DNA of 63,758 nucleotides, counting the filler, from Folioceros fuciformis (taxonomy: Eukaryota): the NCBI GenBank assembly GCA_049999805.1. It is 8 parts of 8 records of this genome, joined end to end, with 100 filler letters (N's around TTAATTAATTAA, not from the genome) between each part and the next. Parts side by side here need not be neighbours in the genome. Positions count along the whole stretch, not along the records: positions 42,570 to 57,416 come from JBNGIO010005894.1; 7 more parts are not named here. The stretch is one strand, 5' to 3'. Below the pieces are notes generated by a model, which was given only the letters and a program-made list of their open reading frames with translations, was not told where the DNA came from and did no database searches. A program made the translations under genes and the position numbers. Below are positions 45,792-57,516 of the stretch, one piece after another. Every line of letters begins with the position of its first letter. The first letter of the stretch is position 1.

Positions 45792-46702
45792 GATCACTGA
45801 ACCATCAGATACAGGCTATCGACGATAGTAGATATCCGGTCAAGGCCTGGGAGCAAGAAATCACAGGGAGTGTAAGGACGAGTCCATCTGAAAACCTGAC
45901 ACAGAACCAACCCGACCCCAATTGTCAAGCAACATGCAGCCTTCCTCAGTTGAGGGGCATGCAATTCACGAACCGCAAGAAGACGAGCACAATTGAGCAC
46001 AGAACATGAGTGCTCTTCTTACCTGAAAGCGAGGGACAGGTTACAGCGCCAGATCTGTGGCGCTGTAAGCGCAAAACAATCCCAAACCAGCTACAGAATG
46101 TGCAAAAAGAAAGACAGAATTACATTGCCGTGCTGAGACGCAACACACCCAATGGCCGCTCACCGGAAACTGCGCGGGAAAGGGGATCACCGAACGTCCG
46201 AGGCGGGGGCCCTAGGCGAGGCGCGGGCGAAGGCAGGGCCACAGCATCGGCGGCTGAGGCAGGCAGGCGGGCGGGCTGGCGCTCCTGAGTGTAACTTGCA
46301 GCAAGCTCCACCGCTGTGATGTGGTGAAGCAGCCCAGGGACTGTGCGAATGAAGGCGCCTTGGTAGCACCTGTGACGGGACTGCGCGCCAGGCCCTCGGG
46401 CACACGCGGGCCAAACCCAGGTGAACCGGGGGGTCAAAACGGGTTCACGACCCCGCGCATCTGCAGGCTCCCCGTTTGCGTGTGCACACCGCGGGTTAGG
46501 TACATCGGCACCCACTCTCAGTAGGGATGTCCTGTAATTAATGCGCCTGGACGGACAAAACATGTGGGAAGGAAGTCGAAGGGACAACAGGACATGAGAG
46601 ATGGCGACCCTTGCTCCCATGCATTTACTTTTGCATTCAAACAGCCTGCCACTCACACAAATGGATCCCGCACGGTGCTGCTGTGCTGAGAGCCTGACAA
46701 CG

Positions 46703-48435
46703 TCACGGAGGAAGGGAGTGGGACGCCATGGCACACAGGAATTGAGCCTTCGTCACCAACAAGAAGCAACTTCTTCCGGTTGCACCCTCGTGAAAAGGAG
46801 CAGCAACGAGGACAGCGCAAAAAACTTTGGTGAAGTCGGAAAATTGCACATCATTTGATGTTGTCGACAAATTTCTTTGGAGAGCCATTGACATACTGTG
46901 TTCATCCTGATGGAAAGCTGGCAACCCAACGTACAGCCTGCCCTCTGATCCCTTCCATTCGGCTAATATGTACCAGATTCTGCTAAGCAACAAGCTTTCA
47001 TGGGTTCCTCTCCCCCCCTGCCTGGCAACACCTGAGCGGGGGCAATACGAAATGATTGATAGACTGATGCAAAAAGGTTAACAGGAAAAAGGAAAGGGCA
47101 AATGGAGTTACTTCAGAGTTGTTTACCCACTTGCAGGCTCATCTGAGACAAGAGGGCTGTCTCAAGTTCCCCTTTCCAAGAGACCAATAGACCGCCTCAA
47201 ACCTCTGTGATACGGTTCCTGGTTGGATCATAAGTCACGATGGTCCTTGACGGAGGTTTCTTTCTTGCAGAAGAAGGGGGAGGACGTTTGTCCCTTGCTC
47301 GTGAGTTTGGTGCTCGTCCCTTTGCACCATCATCTCCAAGCGTTGTCACAATCCCAAGACCAGGATGAGGAGTTTGAAGCTCCTGCCGTTTTATCAGGAT
47401 GAGAGGGATAAGCATACGGGAGATCAACGAGGAGTGGGGTAGCAGCAAGACCATCGGCGTCGGTAGAGCAAGACAAGACAGTCGAGTCCCGTATGAATCT
47501 CTTGCAAAAGGAAACTCAGTCAAAAGACATACACATGACAGATGAACCAACCAACCGACCTGCTTCCACTGCCGCTGATAAGCGAGAACCTTCCGACTAA
47601 GCAATACGCATTCCTCCCGATACGAAGCAGCAATTGCTTTCAGAAGCTTTTTCCTCTTCAGAATAGCTGTTCAACAACCACTACCAACGTTGTCAGATAA
47701 AACATTGATGCCCATGCTCGCCCTCATCGTCATTTAGTCTGCAAGTACAACACACATCACAAGATCAATCTCCCGTCACAACACAGTTCCACATGTGCCC
47801 GAAATCATACCTTGTTCCCGAACCGAGTCATTCACAATTTCACGGTTGCCGGAAGGTGAAACAGTGTGAAGAGTGCTCTTCCCAGTAGCACCACTACAAC
47901 CCTGCTCCGGGAGCGATGATTTCGAAGCCTGCCGATCCATCTCTCCCTCAGACTCCGTGGCAGAGTCATCTCCAGCAGCTGGATCCGGACCAACCATGGA
48001 AGGACCTTTCCCTTGCACAGCCGTCGGCTGGGGCCTGATGAGCAGCACCCCCTTCGGCTGCCGCTGGGCCGCGGGAGGGGCCTCCGCCTGCGGCTTGCCT
48101 TGTTTCGCCGCTGGCCTTATCCTCTTAGGAGCTCCTTCTGCCTTAGAAGTTCCCTCCGACTTGGATCTCTTCCCGGTGGTGGCACCGGAGCGCTTGCTGG
48201 GCTCCGGCTTGGATTTCGGCTCCTGCACCTCAACCTCATGGTAGACAGGAATCTCGTCGCGCCCTGGCTGGAACTCCCGCTGCTCCAGCTGCGCCAGGAA
48301 ATTGATTTCTGTGGCAGGCTTCCGGCTCCGACTCCTGGGCTCCCGTCTACGCTGCCGCGTCGGAGATACTTCCTGTACAGCCCATCCCTGGACTTCCTCC
48401 AAATCCACTCCCGGCAGAAAGGGCGCAGCCATCAT
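46703..48435 (-). CDS. Multi-exon gene of unknown function (basic/low-complexity; 3' end uncertain)
   Basis: Long first exon from 48435 to a CAAG|GTATGA donor at about 47811. Next exon AILKRKKLLKAIAASYREECVLLSRK splices in phase. Further GT/AG-bounded segments at about 47200-47385 and 46850-46980. Confidence 0.5.
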
Positions 48436-48696
48436 CTCCGCCTCTCCGCTACCGCCTCGCTGCGCTCACTGCGGGCGCCCGCAGCACCGGGAGCGGTGAA
48501 TTCCAGATGCAGGACACATCCCTAAAGCCCGCCATCCCGGCACCTCCATACATAGCCGCCGGATGAAGCTGGTGTCGGCAACTACCCGCCATAGCTTCTC
48601 GAGTGAATACAAGGGAAGCCACAGAAAGGGAAAGCAATTTCCATTCTCGGCTGGAACAGCGTTTCATCCGATTCGTCGAATCCTAATTTGGAGGCC

Positions 48697-49565
48697 ATGG
48701 CGGCCTTCGAGGTGGCCCGTGCTCCTTCTCCTGCCTTTTGTTGCCCTTCCATCCGTTGTAGCGCAGCTGAACGCTTACCATTCCTGTTCCACCTGACTTT
48801 CCGGGAACCTTCAATCGCGGACCGCGGGCATCGCGCCAAACCCAGACTGCTCGGATGCGCGCATCTGCCTGGATCAGCATGCCGTAGCACCAGATTGCGT
48901 GCTAACAACGGGGGCAATGGCAGCAACAGAGATGACGAGGGAGTGATCCGGGATATGGAGAGCTACCTGGCAGATCTTTCTTTGGAGTACGAGAGCGTGT
49001 GGGACACCAAGCCCGTCTGGTGACTAGAATCCTGCCTTGTACTTTCTGCATTCTTCAGCTTCCCTTCTTGCTTTAGATAAGTGCACATTTTGCACCGTCT
49101 GCTCCCGAATGGCCTTGCAGCTGCTGCTCTGGTTGCTTTCTTAAACCCTAAACCCTTCGGAAGTGGAGCCTTTATCCTACGGTTATAGATAGTACTAATG
49201 TATTCTGCGTGTCATGCACTTGCAGGTGCCAACCTTGGACAATCCTTCTCACAGGAGCTATTGCCATCGCTGGATCATGGGGCCTGTTCGAAACTCCCAT
49301 AGTCACAGGCATCCTCTCGCTTGCCATCTCTGTGTGGTGGTGGATATTTCTCTACTCCTATCCTCTGGTCAGTTGCTTGAACAGCAAGAAGTCACTGTGT
49401 TGCTGCTGGATGCTTACGGTGATGATGATTTGACAGTGTGAAATGTGTGAATGATCGTAAATGCAGGCCTACAGCCAGATGATCAAAGAAAGGAGGAGGA
49501 AGATCAAGGACGGAGACGAAGATACCTTCGGCAAACAACGAGTGAATGGAGTGGGCAGGTCTTAG
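48697..49565 (+). CDS. DUF6737-like plastid membrane protein, 3 exons
   Basis: Transit-like N-terminus; LSLEYESVWDTKPVW|CQPWTILLTG...WWWIFLYSYPL|AYSQMIKERRRKI...EDTFG. Confidence 0.82.
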
Positions 49566-49665
49566 CCGTGGTTACGGCTTCCGTCTTTACGAAAATTAGC
49601 ACAAGAAACAGCCAAAGTCGCCATAAATTTTGTGCTTCAAATCTCATCTTGAATCCTCATCTCTA

Positions 49666-51502
49666 TTACGGCCTGAGAAAGCTTGCTTGCAAGCTTGGCA
49701 TTGTCTCGTGTTCAATGCTCAGAAACACGGTGATGTTCCCTGGGGCCGTGTTGCTAGGAATGATATTAAATGCGCCACGGAATTCAGCTGGAAGAATTCC
49801 GTTCCTTGCCCCGTAGTCTGGGGGTCCCCAGCCGAAATCGATGCCGTAAATCACGAACCCAGGACTCCACCACGAGGAAATGCACTCGGAAACCCAATCT
49901 CCTTCTCTCCCCAGATTAAAGCTGATGCCATCTTTGTTCCCAATCAAAACTCGGTCTCTTCCATGGGCTTCCGAGTAATCAATGGTTGCGCGGTATCTCT
50001 CAATACTGGTGACAGAGGACACGGCCTCGTGGATCAGAGCGGCCGAGAAAGCGAGTGGCTTGGAGAGCAGAGCTCCGGCCGTGGTGGTCGCGCCGGCGAA
50101 GCACACGAAGTTTCCGAAGTAGGCATTGTGTGGCAGCGACGAGGAGGCTTCCTCTGGCGATGGCAGAAACCGTTTCCTACCGTCCACGAAGGTCATGAAT
50201 CGCACCTTATGGTTCTCATCCAACCCGCGCGCGCGGATGATTCTCTGCCAGATGTAAGCGGACACAGAGTCAGCCGTAGTCAAATACGCGGGGAAAGGTT
50301 TGTTCAAGGCTGTTTCCCCGTTCCCGTTCTCAGCGACGACGGACATGGCTTCCTGCTTGATCTTCTCTGTTTGTTCCTTCGTGATTGGAAACAAGTGCAG
50401 AGCTTGGTTTCCGAGCTCGTGGAAGTTCTCGTCGGCTGAAGCAATGCGCACTCCGGTCAGGGAGTCATCAAACTTGAGAGGGTTTCGTGGGAGGAAGAGG
50501 CTCCTCCGGTGATCCGGAACCCGGGAGATGTGTCCCTTCCGCGTCATCTCGGCCCAGGACCCGAAGAAATGGAATCCGGAGAAGCCGTCAGCCGCCGTGT
50601 GGCTCCATGTCAGTTGCACGGCAACTCCCCCGCACTTCTGAAAATACGTCAACTGCACCGCACCACACAAGGCCAGAGACGGGAATGCGGAATGCGGGGG
50701 ATCAAATTGAATACCATGGGGATGCAGCCAGTGGCTGCTAGCAGCAAACCTTCAAACATTCAAGTCACCTGGATGGCAGCGGCAGGCGCACAGCGCGGAT
50801 TGTAGCCGTCCAAAATCGCCTTCATTCCCGACAGCTGCGGCTGAGGCTTGAAGTTTTGGTCCCCAAAGAAATCCTTCATCTCCGCATCGATCCACGCCTC
50901 CGTGAACGGCACTCCTTCGTCGTTACACAGAAAGTGCGGGCGTTCGGCGGTGGAGTCAGGGTACACAATTCGTCCGGCCATGGGATAGAAGACGACCAAC
51001 ACCTTGGCCAGCGAGTTCTTGAGCTCCTGCACCATCTCTTGGAACTTCCCAGCAGTTGGCGCTCTGTTCGCGAAGAAGAGGACAACGGGCACCCATAGCT
51101 CTGGCATCAGCAAGTCGAGATTGGTAAGTGGAACCTGCTCCACCTCAGACGGCTTCTCCGGCGCAACGTAGCACACCTCCCGGTGAGTGAAATGCAGCGC
51201 ATTGGCCTCCGACTCTGCTGGCTCCGCGAAGTAGTTGATGCGCGTCATGTCGTCCTCTGCCTTGATCCGCAGAGCTAAAGCACGCGCCTCTTCACCATTT
51301 ATCTCCTCCTTCCTTCCTTTCCTCCCTGGCCTTCCACAATACACTCACTACGAGGCGCCGTCCTGTTGCTCGGTTCCCCTTGCACGTCTCTGACCGGTTC
51401 TCTGCCATTCCTTTCCGTGATGATTAGGGTGGATTCACCTGATGACCGGTCTGCACTGACCGGTCCTTGCCGCATCACCTCGTTGCTCCGGCTGGTGACC
51501 AT
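49666..51502 (-). CDS. BAHD acyltransferase, 3 exons
   Basis: LKNSLAKVLVVFYPMAGR; CNDEGVPF; HTAAD (HxxxD); DFGWG. Intron after IQ (about 50654-50768) at the conserved BAHD Q-intron position. Upstream exon from ATG 51502 inferred via an intron at about 51259-51347. Confidence 0.92.
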
Positions 51503-51909
51503 CCTCACCGTGCAAGGGATTCACACATGACCGGTGATGGCGATTCAGGGCCGGCATAGAATGAGGGCGAGTTTACCACATGGAATGCCCGTTGCGATCT
51601 CTAACTTACCATTAAAAAGGTCTGTAAAACTGTTTTCACGGTTTACACTCGGATCGCGTTCACTTCGTTTTCCACTTTTCTTGTCGAGTCCGGGAGGCGC
51701 CACTATGTTCTGCGCTTTAGGGTTGCGGAGTGGAGCTGGTTGGAGAACAGCTGGTGTTGCGGGTTGGATTAGAGGTTGTGTGAATCATCATGGTGGACAA
51801 TGATGAGGTCTATTTTTTTTTGGCTTTTAAACCAATATGAAAATAAAGTTTGAAGTTACTAATATTCTATTAATTTGTTGGTCTTTGTAGCTACTCAATG
51901 ATATTATAC

Positions 51910-51931
51910 TTTAGGGTTAGGGTTTAGGGTT
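51910..51931 (+). repeat. Short interstitial telomere-like tract
   Basis: TTTAGGG TTAGGG TTTAGGG TT. Confidence 0.75.
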
Positions 51932-51975
51932 AATAATACTATGTGATATGGAAATCATGTCCTCTACCCATATGA

Positions 51976-53063
51976 GGAGATGCTGCAGCAATGATTCCAT
52001 TACAATAAAAACTTAAAAGAGACACTAGATTTAGGGTGAGATGGGATACACAAACTCAATGGGTTGTTGAACGAAGCCATACTTTTGGGGACCAATTACT
52101 AGCGACAACATGCAGCGATAAGATGTGCAAGCAGCATCTTCAAGTGAACAAGGCTACGTTTCACGGCATATGTTCAGTTGTGGCACCACTTCTTGCAAGA
52201 AAAGATACTTCATTTTTGAAAGCAGTGCTAGTGGACAAAAGAGTGAGAATGACACTCTTTAGGATATATGGGGGAAAGGTTGCGCACATCAAGTGATTTG
52301 ATTGGGTATGCAAATTCTAAGTCATGTAAAGCAACACTTTCATTTTGTGATGCTTTGGTGACTACGTTGCATGACACATTTCATGGGCTAGTAAGCAGTG
52401 AATGGAGCGATATGCACATGAATTTGCTAACATCAAAGGTATTCCTTTTGTGATAGGAGTTGTTGATGGGTCACATATTCCTATCATTGGCCTTAAGGTA
52501 AACAAAGGTGATTACTATAACTGCAAAGGTTTTTATTCACATTTGTTGCAATTGACAGTGTTTGCCAATGGCATCATATGGGACTATGACTTTGGTTGGG
52601 CAAGTAGTTTGAACAATTGGAATCTATTTAAACGAAGTCAACTTGACAAAAATGTAAGAAAGGAATGCTAGGTCATTATTGTCTTGTAGGGGATGCTGGC
52701 TATTGGCCAAGGCTTTTTATGGCTACACTGTATCAAGGCTTAAAGGACAGGTTAAGCCAAGAGCAACAACATTGGAACTATGTTCAAAGCAGCACTAGAA
52801 TGTGTGTTGAGCGTGATGTTGAAAGCACGTTGGCATTGCTTAGTGAATCAGTTGGATATGAAACTTAGGATACTCCAAAGATGGTTCAAGCTTGTCTTAT
52901 TTTGCATAACATGTGCATCGTGCACAAGGATGCATTTGATGAAGAACAGCTACAACAATCACTAGAAGAGTGTGAGGGACGAGTAACTGAACAAGATTAT
53001 GAAGCGTTACCCGCGACCCATGTGTTTAGATTTGTGGGAGCAACAAGGGCTCCTTCAACCTGA
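51976..53063 (+). mobile_element. PIF/Harbinger DDE transposase pseudogene (frameshifted)
   Basis: IGVVDGSHIPI; DYYNCKGFYS..LQ; LVGDAGY; SSTRMCVER; LKARW; ACLILHNMC, spread over several frames. Confidence 0.9.
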
Positions 53064-53437
53064 CATCTAATAACATAAGCATGCATATATGATGTAATCA
53101 TTTTGATATTTTCTCATTTTAATCAACAAAACATTGTATAACTGGAAAGTAATGCTTGATTGACAATTTGAGCCATCTAGAGTGATAGGGCTAAGTAAGA
53201 ACTCTCCATCACTTTGAGGGATAACTAGGGAAGCATTGCATTGACACATACAAGCAACTTGCTATGTACTGGACAATGCTTACACCATCTCAAGGATGCT
53301 TCTGTCAGTAGGATCAATTCAGCGAATTCATAGAGATTGATATGGACCATAATCTAGGGCTTTCAATATGATATGATGCTAGATGAGTGTCGTCATACAC
53401 TCCATCACCAAGTGCACCAAAATGCTTAACATTGAAG

Positions 53438-53521
53438 ATGGACGAGGATGACAAAATATCAAATTGTACATGCAGGACATGGACGAGGATGACAAATTAT
53501 CAAATTGTACACGCAGGACAT
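53438..53521. repeat. 41-bp tandem duplication
   Basis: atggacgaggatgacaaa(a/t)tatcaaattgtaca(t/c)gcaggac x2. Confidence 0.85.
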
Positions 53522-53915
53522 TAGTAGAACTATAAGTATTCCTTCGACAAAGCTCAATCATAAGTTGCGTGCAAGATGATTAGTGCACCTAAAAAGAGCA
53601 ATGTACTATGTAGCAATTCCTCAGCAAATCTCTGAAATAACATTATATATATTAATACTTTTGTTACCTAGCAAAGAGCTGGGAACTAACCTTAAGACTT
53701 GATCTGTTCAAATGGCTGAGACATATGAGGAGCCAATAAGGGTGCCTTGGACTTAGGTTGGGAATGTTAGTCACAAGCTCCTAAAGAAGGTAGGGGTACC
53801 TTCTCTGGACAGTATCCCCTTTGTATATATTCCTTGCAAAGCTTGAGAAGTTTTGACTGTAGAATTATGTGGGCGTTTGGAGACATCATTGGTCATGGCA
53901 CCTTCGAGTGCAACA

Positions 53916-54013
53916 TAGTGGATCTTGCAAGGCATTAGGTGTCTCTCCGTAGTGGATCTTATAAAGCATTAGGTGTCTCTTAGTAGTGGATCTTGCAAGG
54001 CATTAGGTGTCTC
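53916..54013. repeat. 34-bp tandem repeat x3
   Basis: tagtggatcttgcaaggcattaggtgtctc at 53916, 53950 and 53984. Confidence 0.88.
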
Positions 54014-54883
54014 ATCCTATCTTGTTTGGAGGCATAGGTTTCTTTGTGAAGAAGATTTTGGTAATGATAGTGTTTCTTAGGAACTAGACACTTTCAGCCC
54101 CCATCTTAATTTTCCATTTCCTTATCCCAGATTCCTCCATTTTGGAATCTTTCCTCCTCGGTGTTGAGAAGGTTGCTCGACCTTTGTAGGTGTCCCTAAG
54201 ATCAACTAGGGCTACAAGGCCTCAATTTTTTCTCTCTTCTTGTAGTTGGGATGTAAGGGCTCTAGGCTTCCCTTCTTCAAAAACAAAACCAGCAAGTCTA
54301 GCTTAAGCTTCCCGAGGAATCTTTTATTCCTCAGCCTATTTGGGCATGCTTTCCAAAGGTCTAATCAAGTCTAATTTGAGAGAGGGTGTAAGTTCTAAGC
54401 TCTTGGCTTGACATAGCATCCAGACCATTACCCAATGGGTTGCAACGCACAATGCCAAGTACGATGTCACTTTTCATTGGCCCAGGAGCTTGGTTTTTTG
54501 CCCTTCAAGGAGTGACCATACTCTTTGATCAATAACATTTTTCTTTGGGCTGACATTTTCTTCATCTAAGGAGAAAAGGTTTCTATTATAGTTGTGGTTA
54601 TAATGTACCTCGCAGGGGTGTTAATTGATGAGCATGTTGCTCTTAACTCCCAAGTTTGGCAACAAAGCGGAGTGCATTGGCCAAGATCGAAAAGTACATC
54701 TCTGTGCAAGCCAAAGACATCTTTATCCCCTTGCCATTGATACCCATTCAGCCAAGTATAAGGTGTTTTTTAAAGACTTGTGTCAAACTGATTCATAGTA
54801 GGAAAGATGTACTTGGTCTTTCTCTTTCGTGTAGCAAAGTGTTCTTTCATGGAAGGATTTCCATTGCACTATAAGAGAGTTAG

Positions 54884-55060
54884 AAAATATCATATACAAA
54901 ACGATGATAATAATAACAGTAAGAGAGGTGACATTAGCTATTCATTAGAAAATACCATATACAGGAATGATAATGACAAGAGGTGGGATTAGCGACTCAT
55001 TGGAAAATACCATATGCAAGAATGATAATAGCAAGAGAGGCGGCATGAGCGGCTCACTAA
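54884..55060. repeat. Diverged tandem repeat of about 56-64 bp, x3
   Basis: aaaataccatat...gaatgataat...agagg...tagc..ctca.t recurs three times. Confidence 0.7.
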
Positions 55061-55394
55061 CACCGCTTGATACAAGTGGACTCCAATCAAGGTTTAAAAG
55101 TGGGGACTATTAGTTTGCAGGCATTAGAGCTATTGGTAGGCATTAGCCTTTAAGGGGGTAGATGGTTTTTCCATCTTGGGTTTTTTTTAAAATAAATAAA
55201 TAAATAAATATTATAGAAATGATATACCATACTAATATCTCACCAATTATAATGATATAAAAAATAATTTTCCATACGTGCAGAAATAATCATAATGTTC
55301 TCCCAAACTAGGTGTCATTTTGATCTTAATGTATGCCCAAACCAAAGTGTCGAATCTCCATAGTAGGGTGTCAAATCTCCATAGTTGGTGTCAA

Positions 55395-55712
55395 GTCTCC
55401 ACAACAGCGTTCTAACAGGAAAGAGCAGTCCCCACAGCAGGGTTCTAACAGGAAAGAGTAGAAAGAGCAGTCTCCACAGCAGGGTTCTAATAGGAAAGAG
55501 CAGTCTCCACAGCAGGATTCTCACAGGAAAGAGCAATCTGCACAGCCGGGTTCTCACAGGAAAGAGCAAGTCTCCACACGTGGAAAGTGCAGTCTCCACA
55601 CGAGGAAAGTGCGGTCCACACCAGGAAAGTGAGGTCTCCACACCAGGAAAGTGCGATCTCCACACCAGGAAAGTGCGGTCTCCACACCAGGAAAGGGCAA
55701 GTCTCCACAGCA
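55395..55712. repeat. Compound minisatellite: about 5 x 33-bp units then about 6 x 22-bp units
   Basis: gtctccacagcagggttctaacaggaaagagca followed by gtctccacaccaggaaagtgcg, sharing GTCTCCACA and GGAAAG cores. Confidence 0.9.
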
Positions 55713-56142
55713 GAATATACCAGACATTTATATTTATATATTTATATTAATACTTTTGGATAAGTTGTTTAATATTTATCGTGTATAAGGATCGAGAGTG
55801 AAAAAAGAAAAAAAAGAAAAAGAGCGGTCCCCGCTCGGTCCGGAACCGAGAGTAGCAAAGCAAGCGGTTCCGAGGACTGAAACAAAGCTCGGTTAAAATG
55901 ACACCCTGGCCTCTCCCTTCAGTTCCCATGCACAGACAGCTTCCGCTTGCCACGCAAACAACTTCACACATCCCAAACAGAGACAATTGGATGGGGCCAC
56001 TTGTTGCCATATCATGTGCTGTTTTCTGCCACGTCTCATGTGCACTTCGCGTGCAGAAGCCAGGTAGCCTGCCCTCTTGGTATGGAGGGCCAGGGCAACC
56101 GACCTTGTTGTGAAGAGCAGCTCAAAGTTCAGATCGCAGTAG

Positions 56143-57416
56143 ATGAGCGTCTGCTCATATTGCTCCAGCTACTGTTGGGTGCAGCTGAGATCGAGCATGG
56201 GGTCCCTGCGTTTGTGCCCTTGTCGGCCCAACGGGAGTGCTCTGACACAGCTTCAGTCTCCTTCCATCGCAAAATGGCAGAGGATGATCTCATCCATGGC
56301 CCCTGCTCCTGTCCATGCCCGAGTCATGGTGTCTTCTTACAGGCGTAGGCGAGACAACAGGGTGGTGGTAGCTTCCAGCAGCAAGAGCAGGACCGGGAGC
56401 AGAAGCAGCGTTGAGGCAGAAGGTGGCAGCTACGTGAGTTGCTCGAGGGAGAGTGAGCAAGCTGACAGGACTAGCCCGTCTGCACTGCAGCCACGGTCAA
56501 TTACGTTGGAGCATACTTGCGCAGTTCTGGAGCCCGCAACTTGGCTCCAGTTCTGCTCTCAGCATCCGCAGCTCGGCTTCTGGTTCCCCACGGGGACAAC
56601 TACTTCCACTACTTCCTTGCCTTCCACGCGCCTGGGTACTTGCTTTCAGCTACAGACAGAGTTGGCTACTCGAAGACCCTTGCTGTCCCGCTGGAAAGAG
56701 GAGTTCCAAGTCCTCTCTGTCATCCGACCACAGTTCGACCCCACACCTGAAGTGAGGCCATCTGTCACCCCGGGTCCATCAGTTGCTGATCCCAGCCTTC
56801 CATCTGCACCACCCTCTCACCCACCATCTACGCTTCCAGAATACCCACCTAACGTTGCTCCGTCAGAAACTCCTGCTCCTGAAACAAACCCCGGCATCCC
56901 CAACCCGGTGCCCATTCCAGATCCGGTGCCTATCCCAGAAGTACCGTCGCCATCACCAGACATCCCTTCTCCGACAGAAATTCCAAGCGTTCCTCCCTCT
57001 CAGGTCCCCATCCCGCAGGTGCCCGTGGAGGTCCCCAGCCCCAGCCCAGTTCCGGAGTTCCCTGTGCCCAACGTCCCACCGGAAATACCAAATCCGTTTC
57101 CTTCCCCTGGACCAGGAATTACATTTAGTGCTCCTGGACAACCACAGGCGATGGTACCGGACCCAGTCTACCCCATCCTGATGCCGCTACTTCCCGGGAT
57201 TGACTTCACTCAAGATGTCGGAGGATCTCAGGAATCATCCTTCACCGGAGTTCCAAGAGGTCCACCTATATCCCCTCCCAACACTCCTCCGCTCACACCA
57301 CCTGGTGTGCCAATGCCCACTCCTCCACCGTCTACTCCTCCAATTCCTCCTCCTGGGACTCCTCCTCCTTTCCCCCCACCACAAACTCCTCCAATCCCAC
57401 CTGGTGAGCCTGGTCC
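56143..57416 (+). CDS. Proline-rich protein (PE/PP repeats) with Ser/Arg-rich transit-like N-terminus, 3' end lost in the gap
   Basis: Open for more than 420 codons, with PxP/PPE-rich C-terminal half. Start is 56143 or 56197. Confidence 0.6.
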
Positions 57417-57516
57417 NNNNNNNNNNNNNNNNNNNNNNNNNNNNNNNNNNNNNNNNNNNNTTAATTAATTAANNNNNNNNNNNNNNNNNNNNNNNNNNNN
57501 NNNNNNNNNNNNNNNN
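57417..57516. other. Artificial contig linker/gap
   Basis: Same 100-nt structure. Confidence 0.97.

Noticed and set aside
49630-50439. 269-aa plus-strand ORF (and similar antisense ORFs over CRN, SOUL and Ycf20)
   Set aside because: Shadow frames of GC-rich real genes on the opposite strand, with no motifs.
53100-54880. Second (Myb/SANT) Harbinger ORF and TIRs
   Set aside because: No recognisable Trp-spaced Myb motif or terminal inverted repeats could be identified.
55395-55712. CRISPR-like regular repeats
   Set aside because: Units are contiguous without unique spacers, and the context is eukaryotic with no cas genes.
55800-55850. Rho-independent terminator-like hairpin plus T-run on the minus strand
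   Set aside because: Nuclear eukaryotic DNA; treated instead as a possible transposon-end structure.
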